Notes under the pieces: model-generated
Databases searched by the model: none
What the model saw: the letters and a program-made list of their open reading frames with translations, nothing else
Told to the model about the DNA's origin: nothing
Program-made: the position numbers and the translations under genes
Shown here: positions 50,318 through 61,300 of the stretch, in pieces
Position numbering within the stretch: the stretch's first letter is position 1
How the letters are laid out: the number at the start of each line of letters is the position of its first letter
NCBI GenBank assembly: GCA_963727445.1
Contig: CAVSGI010000014.1
Coordinates: 352,001 to 416,000 of the forward strand
Reading direction: 5' to 3'
From: an uncultured delta proteobacterium
Lineage (GTDB): Bacteria > Myxococcota_A > Polyangia > Polyangiales > B10-G4
DNA length: 64,000 nt

Positions 50318-50604
50318 ATGAAGAACATCAAGCGAAGATCCTCATCGGCGTCCTCGCCGTGGGCACCGTCCTCGGCTTCGGCAGCGGTTTCGCCAGCCTC
50401 CGCTGGCACAGCTGCCACCGTCAGGAGATGGCCCGGCACCTGAGCCAGGTCTGCGTCGACGCCGCCATGGCAGCCCGCGACGGCGAGGACCGGGTGGCCA
50501 TCGACGAAGCGGACTGGCATCGGCACCGGCACATGCGCCGCGTCGAGCGCGAGGTGCGCCATCTCTGTGCCGATCAGGGGCGCCGGCACCGGCAGCAGCA
50601 GTAG
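50318..50604 (+). CDS. Small membrane-anchored His/Cys protein (one missing base near 50335)
   Basis: AAGGAGG + ATG AAG AAC ATC AAG CGA is one base out of frame with KILIGVLAVGTVLGFGSGF...VCVDAA. Confidence 0.6.
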
Positions 50605-50619
50605 CGGTATAGTCCCCGC

Positions 50620-51303
50620 GTGATCCGCGTCCTGCTCATCGACGACGACCGTCGCCTCTTCGAGCTTCTCGACACCTACCTGTCGCAGAACGGGGTGAGC
50701 CTCGCCCACAGCCTCGACGGGCGCGGCGGTCTCGACGCGCTGAGCCAGAGCGCCTTCGACGCCGTCCTCCTCGACGTGATGATGCCGGGGATGGACGGCC
50801 TCGAGACGCTGCGGCGGATCCGCGACAAGACCCGCATCCCGGTCATCATGCTCACCGCGCGGGGCGACGAAGCCGACCGGGTGGTGGGCCTCGAGCTCGG
50901 CGCGGACGACTACGTCGCCAAGCCCTTCAGCCCGCGCGAGCTCCTCGCGCGCATCCGCGCGGTGCTCCGGCGCGCGCAGCCGGAAGCACAGGCCGAGCGG
51001 CTCTCGGCGGGCGGCGTCGAGGTGGACGTGCCCTCGCGGGCGGTGAGCGTGGACGGCGGCGAGGTGGAGCTCACGGGCATCGAGTTCGACATCCTGGTGG
51101 CGCTCCTCAGGCGCGCCGGGCGGGTCGTCCCGCGCACCGCGCTCCTCGAGGAGGCGGGCCGCGACGACGTCGTGGTGGGCGAGCGCACGGTGGACGTGCA
51201 CATCTCGAAGCTGCGCAAGAAGCTCGGCGACGATCCGCGCAGCCCCAAGCGCATCCGCACGGTGCGCGGCGTGGGGTACGTGCTCGCCAAGGACGCCCCC
51301 TAG
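50620..51303 (+). CDS. OmpR-family response regulator (CpxR-like)
   Basis: LLIDDD, LDVMMPGMDG, GADDYVAKPF, ERTVDVHISKLRKKL, TVRGVGY. Confidence 0.95.
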   Translation: MIRVLLIDDDRRLFELLDTYLSQNGVSLAHSLDGRGGLDALSQSAFDAVLLDVMMPGMDGLETLRRIRDKTRIPVIMLTARGDEADRVVGLELGADDYVAKPFSPRELLARIRAVLRRAQPEAQAERLSAGGVEVDVPSRAVSVDGGEVELTGIEFDILVALLRRAGRVVPRTALLEEAGRDDVVVGERTVDVHISKLRKKLGDDPRSPKRIRTVRGVGYVLAKDAP

Positions 51304-52649
51304 TGCACGGGCACGGGCAGGGGCACGGGCACGTGCATGGACCGCATTGCGAGCACGTTCGCCATCGGCGCCGGCGGCGCGGGCCCCGGGGGTGGACGAG
51401 CTACTTCCGGATGCGGCTGCGCCGGCGGCTCTTCGCGTGGTTCGGGGTGGTGATCGTGATGTCCGGCGCCGCGATGGGCGCGATCGTCTGGACCACCTCC
51501 GATGCGCCGAGCTGGCGCGAGGAGATGATGCGCTGGCGCGCCTTCACCGGGCGCCGTTTCGGGGAGATGTGGGACGAGCCCGAGCGGCGCGACGCCCTCG
51601 CCGGCGCCATCGCCTCCGAGCTGGGTGCGCGGGTCACCCTCGCCGACGCGTCGGGGACCGTGGTCGAGAGCTTCGGCGGCGAGTGCGCCGATGGTCACTT
51701 CACCGCCGACGTGGTGCGCGACGGCACGCTCCTCGGAGAGGTGCGCATCTGCCCCGAGCGCGGTCACCACCACGGGAGCGTCCCCTTCCTCTTCGGCCTG
51801 CTCGGCGCAGGCGCGGTTCTTTGGATGGCAGCCGGCTTCCTGGCGCGGCGGCTCACCAAGCCCGTCGACCTCATCGTTCACGCCGCCCGCGACATCGGCG
51901 AGGGCAAGCTCGACAGCCGCATGAAGCTCGGCCGCCACCACACGGGTGACCTCCGCGAGCTCGCCGAGACCTTCAACCACATGGCCGCGCGCATTCAGAA
52001 GCAGCTCACCGATCAGAAGGAGCTCCTGGCCGCGGTGTCCCACGAGATCCGGACGCCCCTCGGACACATGCGCATTCTCCTCGACCTCGCGCGGGACGCG
52101 GACACCAATCCCAAGATCGTCGCCGAGCTCGAAAAGGAGCTGCTCGAAGTGGACTCCCTCGTGGATCAGCTCCTCGCGAGCTCGCGCCTCGAGTTCGAGA
52201 GCCTCGAGCGTCGCAAGCTCGACGCGACCGACGTGGCGAAGCGCGCCCTCGGTCGCTTCGACCTCGACGCGTCGCTCCTCGACGCGCCGGGCGGCGAGGC
52301 CCTCGAGGTCGACGCCGATCCCATGCTCCTCGGCCGCGCCCTCGCGAACCTCCTCGTCAACGCCCAGAAGCACGGAGGCGGCGTGGTGCGGCTCGAGATC
52401 CGCGCCGACGCAGACGAGATCGTCTTCGCGGTGGAGGACGACGGTCCGGGGCTCCCCGAAGAGGACCGCGACCGCGTCTTCGATTCCTTCTATCGGGGCG
52501 ACCGACGGGCCGGAGCCCACCACGGATCTCTGGGCCTGGGGCTGTCGTTGGTGCGCCGGATCGCCAAAGCGCACGGAGGCCGGGCCTTTGCCGAGAACCG
52601 CGAGGCGGGCGGGGCCCGGGTCGGGATCACGATCCCGCGCGAGGCTTGA
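51303..52649 (+). CDS. HAMP-domain sensor histidine kinase with His-rich N-terminus
   Basis: VSHEIRTPL, NLLVNA, DDGPG, GLGL. Confidence 0.93.
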   Translation: MHGHGQGHGHVHGPHCEHVRHRRRRRGPRGWTSYFRMRLRRRLFAWFGVVIVMSGAAMGAIVWTTSDAPSWREEMMRWRAFTGRRFGEMWDEPERRDALAGAIASELGARVTLADASGTVVESFGGECADGHFTADVVRDGTLLGEVRICPERGHHHGSVPFLFGLLGAGAVLWMAAGFLARRLTKPVDLIVHAARDIGEGKLDSRMKLGRHHTGDLRELAETFNHMAARIQKQLTDQKELLAAVSHEIRTPLGHMRILLDLARDADTNPKIVAELEKELLEVDSLVDQLLASSRLEFESLERRKLDATDVAKRALGRFDLDASLLDAPGGEALEVDADPMLLGRALANLLVNAQKHGGGVVRLEIRADADEIVFAVEDDGPGLPEEDRDRVFDSFYRGDRRAGAHHGSLGLGLSLVRRIAKAHGGRAFAENREAGGARVGITIPREA

Positions 52650-52699
52650 ACGCGGGGCGAAGGCGTGGAAGATTCGCGCCGCTCAAGGAGACCCCCCGA

Positions 52700-53077
52700 A
52701 TGAAGACCCTCATCAGCTTCGCCACGCTCTGTCTCGCGATCACGATCACCGGCTGCGGCGGCGGTGGCGGTGAGGAAGGCGGTGAGGGCGGCGGCGGTTC
52801 GACCAGCGGCGGCGAAGTCCCCGCCGAGTACCAGGGCCCCATCGCCGACACCGCGGACGCCGCGGCGGGCGCGGAGTCCTATGACCAGGTCTGTGCGGCG
52901 TGCCATCCGACCGACGCACCGGATCTCGCCGGCATCGCTTGGAGCGCGGGCGCCGTGCGCCGGCAGGTGCGCGAGGGTGCAGACGGGATGCCGCCCTTCT
53001 CCGCCAGCCGCCTCAGCGACGCGGACCTCGAGAACATCCTCGCCCACATGAAGACCATCGGCGCCATCGCCGACTGA
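52700..53077 (+). CDS. Monoheme cytochrome c lipoprotein
   Basis: ITGC lipobox, CAACH, distal MPPF. Confidence 0.88.
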   Translation: MKTLISFATLCLAITITGCGGGGGEEGGEGGGGSTSGGEVPAEYQGPIADTADAAAGAESYDQVCAACHPTDAPDLAGIAWSAGAVRRQVREGADGMPPFSASRLSDADLENILAHMKTIGAIAD

Positions 53078-53083
53078 TCGTCC

Positions 53084-54838
53084 TCAGTCTTCTTCGTCGT
53101 CCTCGGGCGGCTGCACTTCGAAGTCGATCGCTTCGAAGCGCTGAAGGCGCAGGTACGCCGTGACCATGCGGATGTCGTGGTCGCTGAGCTGCTCGGCGAA
53201 GGCCGGCATGTCGTTGAGCTCGCCGTAGTTGGCGAGCTCCCCCGGCGAGTGGATCTGCTCGTAGATCCACGTGCGCGAGCCGTAGTGCGCGAGGTTCGGC
53301 GCGCCGAGGCCGAGGAAATCCCCGTCGTCACCGTAGGTGTGGCAGTTCATGCACTTGGACTCGAACTGGGTCCGGCCGGTGGCGACGAGGTCCTGATCGA
53401 TGTCGTCCGGATCCTGCGGCTCGCGGCCCAGTGAGAAGAGGAACTCGGCGGTGGCGCGGAGCTGATCCTGGCCCAGGCGCGCCTGACTCGGCATCTTCTC
53501 GTCCAGCTCGGTGGTGCCGAAGAAGTGGTCGTCCTGCGGCGCGTTCATCAGCGCCACCAACCACTGCCGCGAAGCAAAGCCCGTGTGGTCCGGCGCCTCG
53601 CGGTCGCCCTTGCCGTTTAGCACGTGACAGCTCGAGCAGTACTGCCCGTAGACCTCGCGCCCGCGGGTCATCGGGTCGTTTTCGAGCATGAAGAGCGGCC
53701 CCTCGGGAGGGATGCCCCAGCCCGCGATCTCGAGGGCGCGTGCGCCGCGCAGGTCCGCCGCGGCGCGCGCCTCCTGGAAGTCCTCGTCGGCCGCGTCGTG
53801 CGACTTGCTGCTGTAGATGAGCGCAAAGAGCGACGCGCCGATCAGAGCGAGGGGCACGAGCCAGGGGACGCGGCGCAGGGGACCAGCGCTGTCGCGACGA
53901 TCGATGAAGGGCAGCGAGAAGAGGAACCCGATCAACAGGCCGGGGATCACCGCAGTCGCCACCAGCTCCATCGAGGCCGGCAGGAGCTTTCGCAGCTCGT
54001 AGAGCGGCAACAGGAACCACTCGGGCCGCGCCGGATAGTCGTGCGAGGGATCGGCGGGCGCGTCCAGATGCGCGCCGCCGTGCATGGCCGTGGTCACGCC
54101 GACCACCGCCGCGAGCACCAACACCACGAAGCCGAGGTCGCGGACCCACTGGGCCGGCCACGCGCGGACCTCGCCCTCCGGCTTCGCCCACCGCGGCACG
54201 TCCGGCCCGTGCTTGCGGCGCACCCACCACATGCCGATCGCCACCAGCGTGATCAGCGCCGGCAGGAGGATCACGTGGATGGCGTAGAGGCGCGTGAGCG
54301 TCGCCTGGCCGAGGGTCGGCCCGCCGGCGATCAGCTCGTACATCGGCTGGCCCACCACCGGCATGGAGCCTGCGATGTTGAGCTCGACCCACAGGGCCCA
54401 GTAGCTCATCTGGTCCCACGGCAGGCGCAGGCCGCTGATGAGCGCGCCCAGGATCAGGTGGAGCAGGATCAAGAGGAGCCAGAAGCCCCCCTCCCGCGGC
54501 TTCCGGTAGGCGCCGTAGTACACGACCGTGATCAAATGGAGCGCGACGACGATCAGCATCGCCTGGCCGCCCCAGGAGTGAAGCCCGCGCACGAACCAGC
54601 CGTTCGTGACGCGATGGCCGATGTAGAAGACGCTCGACCAGGCGCTGTCGACGTCGGGGACGTAGGTGAGCATCAGCAACAGGCCGGTGAAGGCCTGCAC
54701 CGCGAAGATCACCATCAGCGCGTTCAAGAAGACGTATCCCCAGCGCGGGCCGCCCCGAACCTGCTCGTCGAGCGCGCCCTTCAGCAGCGCGCCGAAACCG
54801 AATCGCTCGGCGAAGAATCCGCGGACCTTGGCGAGCAT
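53084..54838 (-). CDS. Cytochrome b (full-length) fused to a diheme cytochrome c
   Basis: RGLH..ALHL, GAYRKPRE, LPWDQ, RLYAIH, RPEWF; CSSCH and CMNCH. Confidence 0.93.
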   Translation of the reverse strand: MLAKVRGFFAERFGFGALLKGALDEQVRGGPRWGYVFLNALMVIFAVQAFTGLLLMLTYVPDVDSAWSSVFYIGHRVTNGWFVRGLHSWGGQAMLIVVALHLITVVYYGAYRKPREGGFWLLLILLHLILGALISGLRLPWDQMSYWALWVELNIAGSMPVVGQPMYELIAGGPTLGQATLTRLYAIHVILLPALITLVAIGMWWVRRKHGPDVPRWAKPEGEVRAWPAQWVRDLGFVVLVLAAVVGVTTAMHGGAHLDAPADPSHDYPARPEWFLLPLYELRKLLPASMELVATAVIPGLLIGFLFSLPFIDRRDSAGPLRRVPWLVPLALIGASLFALIYSSKSHDAADEDFQEARAAADLRGARALEIAGWGIPPEGPLFMLENDPMTRGREVYGQYCSSCHVLNGKGDREAPDHTGFASRQWLVALMNAPQDDHFFGTTELDEKMPSQARLGQDQLRATAEFLFSLGREPQDPDDIDQDLVATGRTQFESKCMNCHTYGDDGDFLGLGAPNLAHYGSRTWIYEQIHSPGELANYGELNDMPAFAEQLSDHDIRMVTAYLRLQRFEAIDFEVQPPEDDEED

Positions 54839-54842
54839 CGCG

Positions 54843-55364
54843 TCAGCCGATCTCCACCTGGTCTTCGCTCTGGGTGCGGAAGCGCTTGAACTGCACCTCG
54901 ATCACCCCGTCGCGCACCTCCGCCGTGAGTCGATCCATGGCACGGGGCGAGGGCCCCTCCTTGACCGACCCGTCGAGGCCGAAGGAGCTGTCGTGACACG
55001 GGCAGACGAACTGGTCGTGCTCGCGGTCGAAGTCGATCTTGCAGCCGAGATGGGGGCACTCGGCGCTCATGGCGATGATCTCGTCGCCCTCCCCCTTCTG
55101 GAGCCAGACCGTACCCAGCTGGACATGAGGCGCCCGGGTCCACTCGTCGACCTTCTCACCGATCACCGGCAGGGAGACGGGATGGTCCGCGAGGACCGAC
55201 GCGTCGCCGATGGGTAGAAAGTCGTCGGCCGATCCCCGCCGGCGCAAGAGCGGATCGAGGATCACGCTGAAACCCGGGATCGCGGCCAGGGCGGCCACCG
55301 CGGTACCCGCGAGCGCCGCGGCCATCGTGAGGAAGCGGCGGCGGCCTTTGGAGTCCTCGCTCAT
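54843..55364 (-). CDS. Rieske [2Fe-2S] subunit of the Rieske/cytb complex
   Basis: Tat motif GRRRFL, CPHLGC, CPCHDSSF, GPSPRAM. Confidence 0.95.
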   Translation of the reverse strand: MSEDSKGRRRFLTMAAALAGTAVAALAAIPGFSVILDPLLRRRGSADDFLPIGDASVLADHPVSLPVIGEKVDEWTRAPHVQLGTVWLQKGEGDEIIAMSAECPHLGCKIDFDREHDQFVCPCHDSSFGLDGSVKEGPSPRAMDRLTAEVRDGVIEVQFKRFRTQSEDQVEIG

Positions 55365-55497
55365 ACCCTCTCTCCCAGCAAAGCGCCTCGTGAACAGCCG
55401 CGCGAGCGTAACATTCGCCCCCGTTCGCGGCTTACTAAACGGCGTACCAAGGACGCGGCTGGTAAGTTACCTTTTCGCCCGAGAAAACGAGGAGACG

Positions 55498-56118
55498 ATG
55501 ATGAAGCGCAGGGGAATCGCATACCTGACCATGGCCCTCATGCTGGCGAGCTGTGGCGGCGCGGCCGACGAGACCACCGACGAGAGCGGCGGGGCGGACA
55601 CCTCCGGCGGCGAGACGGTGGAAAACGAGGGCACTACGGACTCCCTCGACCCCTGCGCCGAGAGCGAGGCGCCCTGTGAGGGCAGCGCTGGCACGGAGGA
55701 CGGCGGCACGGGCGACGAAGGGGCCACCGAAGGCGAAGCCGCCGGAGGCGAAGGCGAAGGCGCCGAGGGGACCACCGAAGGCGAAGGCGGCGCCGCCGAA
55801 GGCGAGGGCCAGGCGCGCGGAACCGAAGGCGGCGAGGAAGGGCCGACGCCCCAGCAGCAGTGGCGCGCCCAGGTACGGCTGGGGCGGCAGTGGTTCAACC
55901 GGCGCTGCGACACCTGCCACCCCGGCGGCGAGGAGGACATCGGTCCGGACATCCGCCGCATCCACTGGCCGGTGGCGCGGATGCGGCACCAGATTCGCCA
56001 GGGCTCCGGCCGAATGCGCCCGATCCCCCCCTCCCGCCTGTCCAACGCGCAGATGGAAGCCCTCATGGCATATCTTTCCACCATGGGAACCGTCCGAGGC
56101 GTGTCGCGTCCTGAGTAA
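55498..56118 (+). CDS. Monoheme cytochrome c lipoprotein with acidic linker
   Basis: LASC lipobox, CDTCH, GRMRP. Confidence 0.85.
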   Translation: MMKRRGIAYLTMALMLASCGGAADETTDESGGADTSGGETVENEGTTDSLDPCAESEAPCEGSAGTEDGGTGDEGATEGEAAGGEGEGAEGTTEGEGGAAEGEGQARGTEGGEEGPTPQQQWRAQVRLGRQWFNRRCDTCHPGGEEDIGPDIRRIHWPVARMRHQIRQGSGRMRPIPPSRLSNAQMEALMAYLSTMGTVRGVSRPE

Positions 56119-56147
56119 TTCGGCGTCAATCCGGTAGGATCCGGCCC

Positions 56148-58310
56148 GTGTCGGGCCGCAGGGATCAGGCGTTCCTCGTCGCCACTTGCGGGCTCCTGCT
56201 CCTCTCCGCCTGCGCCACGATTCCCGATGGTCGCTACGGCGTCTCCTCCCTCGACATCGAGGGCGCCGAGCAGATGGACGACCGCGCCGTCGAGAGCTGT
56301 CTGGCGACCTACGAGCGCCCGGCCTTTCGGCTGGATCTCGGCGCGAATCCCGACCCCGAGTGCGGCGTCCCGCCCTTCGACAGCAATCGGCTGTCGCTGC
56401 GCTTCTGGCGCTGGCCGTGGACCGACTGGCCCGTCTTCGACCGGAGCACCTTCGAGCGCGACACCGAGCGTATCCAGCGGTGGTATCGCGCGCGTGGTTT
56501 CTACGATGCCCGTGTGCTGAGCACGACCGTCGACCCTCCCGAAGCGATGATGAGCAGCTTCGAGCTCGATCAGAACGATCTCGAGCCCTGCGAGGAGGAC
56601 TGCGAGGTCGACATCACGGTGCGGGTCTTCGAGGGCGAGCCCGTGCTCATTCGCAGCGTCAAGGTAGAGGGACACCACTCTCTACCGGAGGACGTGCGCG
56701 AAGCCGTGGAATCCGTGATCGAGCTCGAGGTCGGCGACCGCTTCGACGAGGCGATCTACGACCAGGCGAAACGGGACGTGGCCGATCGTCTCGCGGACGC
56801 TTCGTATGCACACGGGCAGGTGCGCGGCGAGGTCGATATCGACCCTCTCAGCCACACCGCCGACATCCGCCTGCAGATCGATCCCGGGCCGCCGTGTGTC
56901 TTCGGCGAGCTCGATGTCATCGACAACGGCGACCTCGACGCGGACGTGATCAAGGCGGTCGCCCTCATCGAGCCCGGCGAGGCGTACAGCAACCAGGCCA
57001 TCGCCGAAGCGCAGCGCGCCATCTACGTGCTCGGCGCTTTCGCGTCGGTGGCGGTGCGCCCCAAGGTGCCGGAGGACCGGACGGACCGCGTCATCCCGAT
57101 CGAGGTGAGCGCGGTGCCCGGGCGCGTGACCCGCTGGGGTCTCGGCGCCGGGATCCAGGCGGGCGTGCTCAACCTGCTCAACAGCGAGCAACAGTCGATC
57201 CCCCAGTGGGACGTCCACCTCCTCCTGCCCCTCGCGGAGTTCCGGAACTTCCTCGGGGGCCTGAGGCGTTTGCGCCTGGAGGAGCGCCCGCGTTTGGTCT
57301 TCCAGGAGCAGTTCCCCGCGGTCGACATTCCGCGCCCCGGCAACAACCTCAAGCTCGAGTTCCGGCAACCCTCTTTCATCGAAGGGCGAACGTGGCTCGT
57401 CGCCGGCGCGGAATGGGACCTCGGCCCCGATCCCTATCAGGGCTTCTTTCGTCACGACGTGAACGCGGAGCTGGGCCCCGAGCGCTTCTTCTTCGACCAG
57501 CGCCTGTTCCTGGCCCTGAGGCTTCGCTACAACTTCTACTATCCGCTCGATTCGGAGCGCGCGCGGGCCGCCGACAAGCCGATGCTCTTTCCGGGGCAGA
57601 TCCCCTCCAACTACCAGCTCCCTTTCCTCGAGCTCTTCGGCAAGCTGGACCTCCGTGACGTTCCCCGCCAGCCCCACCAGGGCTTCTATTTTCAGGCGGG
57701 AATCCACGGCGCCGGGCCCCTCGCGAGCTGGACCTATTTTCGAGTGACTCCGGAGGTGCGCGGCTACGTCCCATTGCCATTCGGCGTCGTCCTGGCGCTG
57801 CGTTTCGCGATCGGAGCCGTGTTCATCCTGCAGGCAGATCCCAATCTCGACGAGACCAGCCAGCGCCTGGGACCGAACCGCTACCGCCTGCGCGGCGGTG
57901 GCGCGACGAGCGTGCGCGGCTATCTGCCCGGTCAACTGGGTGACAGCATCAACGGCGGCACGCGGAGGTGGGAGGCGTCCGTCGAGCTACGCATCCCCCT
58001 CTCCCCAGACTTTTCGACGGTGCTCTTCGCGGACGCCGGAGACGTGCACGCCGGACGCGACTCGACCAGCCCCCTCGGGCCCGAGGACCCGCGCTTCCGT
58101 TTCGACTACTGGCACCTCAGCGCAGGTCTCGGGCTCCGCTATCTCACCATCGTCGGCCCGCTGCGCCTCGACATCGGCTTCCAGATCCCGAACGCCCAGG
58201 TGCTCGGCCAGGACGATCAGACCGCCATCGGCATCCCCAAGTCGAAGATCAACTTCCTGTTCGCCCAGGTACCCGGCGCCATTCATCTCACGATCGGTGA
58301 AGCCTTCTGA
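56148..58310 (+). CDS. tamA: Omp85 family (TamA-like) outer-membrane protein
   Basis: POTRA-like YRARGFYDA, GGATSVRGY, GLGLRY..VGPLRLD, C-terminal IGEAF; adjacent to tamB. Confidence 0.85.
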   Translation: MSGRRDQAFLVATCGLLLLSACATIPDGRYGVSSLDIEGAEQMDDRAVESCLATYERPAFRLDLGANPDPECGVPPFDSNRLSLRFWRWPWTDWPVFDRSTFERDTERIQRWYRARGFYDARVLSTTVDPPEAMMSSFELDQNDLEPCEEDCEVDITVRVFEGEPVLIRSVKVEGHHSLPEDVREAVESVIELEVGDRFDEAIYDQAKRDVADRLADASYAHGQVRGEVDIDPLSHTADIRLQIDPGPPCVFGELDVIDNGDLDADVIKAVALIEPGEAYSNQAIAEAQRAIYVLGAFASVAVRPKVPEDRTDRVIPIEVSAVPGRVTRWGLGAGIQAGVLNLLNSEQQSIPQWDVHLLLPLAEFRNFLGGLRRLRLEERPRLVFQEQFPAVDIPRPGNNLKLEFRQPSFIEGRTWLVAGAEWDLGPDPYQGFFRHDVNAELGPERFFFDQRLFLALRLRYNFYYPLDSERARAADKPMLFPGQIPSNYQLPFLELFGKLDLRDVPRQPHQGFYFQAGIHGAGPLASWTYFRVTPEVRGYVPLPFGVVLALRFAIGAVFILQADPNLDETSQRLGPNRYRLRGGGATSVRGYLPGQLGDSINGGTRRWEASVELRIPLSPDFSTVLFADAGDVHAGRDSTSPLGPEDPRFRFDYWHLSAGLGLRYLTIVGPLRLDIGFQIPNAQVLGQDDQTAIGIPKSKINFLFAQVPGAIHLTIGEAF

Positions 58311-61300
58311 TGCCGTCGCCGATCGACAGGCTGCCTAGACGAGTCATTCGCTTGGTCCGGGCAGTCATCGCGCCGGCGTGGTGGGCTCTGCTCATTCTCT
58401 CCTGCCTGCTGGTCAGTGTGGCCTATCACGTCGAACATCCGCTCACGCGCATCGTGGCGCGCGACCTCACCAACCACTACGTGAGCCAGCTGATCATCGG
58501 TCGCCTGGAGATCGGTAGCGTCGCGGTCCTCGACTTCGAGCACGTGGAGGCGCACGACGTGTCGTTCTACGACGGCGAAGGGCGAGAGGTGATCCACGCC
58601 GACGAGGTGGAGCTCGGCTTCGATCTCGCGGCGGGCCTCGTCGGAACGCTGCACTTTTCCTACGCGGACCTGCGTCACGGCGACGTGAACCTTCTCGAAG
58701 GTGAGACCGCGCTCCCGTCGGTGATCGAAGCCTTCAGCCCGCCCGAGCCCAGCACCAGCGAAGGGCCGTCGCTTCATGCGGTCGTCGACGACATTCACCT
58801 CGATGACGTGCACATGCACGGAGAGCTGCTCGGACTCGAAGGGATCGAGGTGCCGGATCTCGACGCCACCGGACGACTCGAAGCCCACACCGACGGCGTC
58901 CTCGAGATCCTGGTGACGGGAGGGACGGGAACGCTCACCGAGCCCTACCCCTTCGTCGGGCGGGCCCAGCGTCTCACGGCGCGCATCAGCACCGACCCGC
59001 GTCAGGGCGTCCTGCTGCGCACCGGTGGCCTCATCGAACGCCCCGGAACGGATGGCGCCCCCGACGGTCCAACCGATCACATCGCGGTGCGCCTCACCTA
59101 CAAGCTCCCCGAGGGTGCGGCGGACGACGACCCGCAGGAGCTCGACATCCTGGTCCACGCCGATCCCGCCGAAGCGCAGGTCTTGAGCGAGCTCGGTTAC
59201 GAGTGGGCCGACCTCTTCGACTCGCAGGTCACGGGCTGGTTTCGCCTGAGCGGCGACCCGGAAGGCGCGCTCGCCATGCACGTGAATGGGGAAACAGAAG
59301 GCGGACCGATTCACATTCGAGGAACCCTCGGCCCGAACGGAAACGTGTCGATCCACGGGCGCACCGAAGGGCTCGACCTCTCCCGCGCGGTGCGAGGGGC
59401 GCCCGAGATCGAGGTGGCCGGCAGCGGCAGTCTCGAGATCGACGGAAGCGACCCCGACGCCCCGCCGCGGATCGCGGCGACCCTCGAGCCGCTCCTCTAC
59501 GATGGTTGGGCGGTGCCCGCGCTGCGCGGTGAAGGCGTGCTCCTCGAAGACCGGGTGCGCATCGATCGGGTGAGCGCTCCCTATGCCGGCGGCACGATCC
59601 GCGGCAGCGGCGAGATCGGCTTCGACGGCTCCACCGATCTGCGCGTTCGCGGAACCATCCCCAACCTCGCCCGCGACCGCAACGTCCGCAGGGTCATGCC
59701 CGATCTGAGCGGTTCGGCCACTGTGGACGCGCGCATCCAGACCTTCGGCGAGGATCGACCGGACCTCGATTTCGCCGGCACCATCATTCTCAGGGACGTT
59801 CACTACGGCGAGCTCAGCGCCCGCTACCTCCGCCTCGAAGGCTCGGCGCGCGGCGACCTCGCCCACCCGAGGCTCCAGATCGACGCCGACGGTGAAGGAG
59901 TGTTCCTCGCCGGATACGAGCTCGGTACCGCAGACCTCTCGGTCCACGGCGGCCCCCGCACCTACGGCGGCAATGGGCGCTTTCGCTCGAGCGACGGCCG
60001 CTCCCTCGAGCTCGCCGCCAACGTGACCCGCAACGGCCGAACCTGGACCCTCGACGCGAACGACTTCGTCTACCACTACGCGGGAGGCACCTGGGCGGGC
60101 AACGCGCGCGACGTGGTCTTCGATGCCGACCACTTCATCCAGGTCGGTCGCGCCACCCTCGCGAGCAACGGCCAACGTCTCGAGGGTTGGGGCACGTACC
60201 GCTTCCACGGGCCGGACGAGCTCTCCGCGCTCCTCACCGATTTCGATCTGGCCGCGCTTCGCGCCCTGATCGGTGACGCGGTGCCCGACGTGGGCGGGCG
60301 TGCCGACGCCCTGGTGGAGCTGACAGGCGACGTGATGACGCCGGTGCTGCACATCGAAGGAGCGCTGCGCGACGGGCACGTGAAGGACCTGAACGAGGTC
60401 AACGCCAGTTACCGAATCGATTACGAAGAAGGTGACCTCAACTTCGACGCGGACATGGACCTCGGCGCCCGCGGCAGCCTCCACGCCGTCGGTTCGGGGC
60501 TCCTCAATCCCGGCACCCCCAATCCCTTCGACGCGCTCGGAGGCGGCACCTACGAGATGGATATCGGCATCCACGGGGTGGACCTCGAGGTGGTGCACGA
60601 GCTCGCTGACACCGCTCTACCCGAGGGCATGACCGGGCGGATGCAGGGCCAGATCCACGCTTCGGGCCCCCTCCTCGCTCCGAACCTGGACGTGCAGCTC
60701 GGGGTCTACCGTCTTCAGATGCCCGGGATGAGCCCACTCAACGTGACTGCGAACTTCAGCTACGAGACCGGTGCGCTGGTCGGCAACATCGCCGCCGCCG
60801 ACGAACGAGGACCGCTCGCCCGAATGGAAACCAGCCTGCTCATCGACCTCGTCAACCTGCTGCTCAACCCGGCGGAGACGATGGAGTCGATGACCACCCT
60901 GCCCTGGACCGTCGACCTGACGGTGCCGCCGCGACGGCTCGCCGACTTCCCACCGGAGCTCCGCGCCTCGATCCCTTCCGATCTCTATCCGTTCCAGGTC
61001 GACCTCTCCGGGCGAATCTCGGGCGGTGGTTTCGAGACCCAGGGCGATCTGACGCTGAACGCCGAGTGGACCGGGGCGGCGGTCCATCCGATCTGCGAGG
61101 CCGCGGCGCAGACGCACCTGACGGCCCACGCGTCTCTGAGCAACGCCGAGAGCACCATCGAGACGACGTTCTTCGATGGCGACCAGGAGCTGGCGAGCGT
61201 GACGATCGCGGCCAACACGCCTTTCGAAGAGTGGGTGACCCACCCGAACGACTTCGCGATGCCGGCAACCCGATTGAGCGCCCTGTTGTCGGATGCGCCC

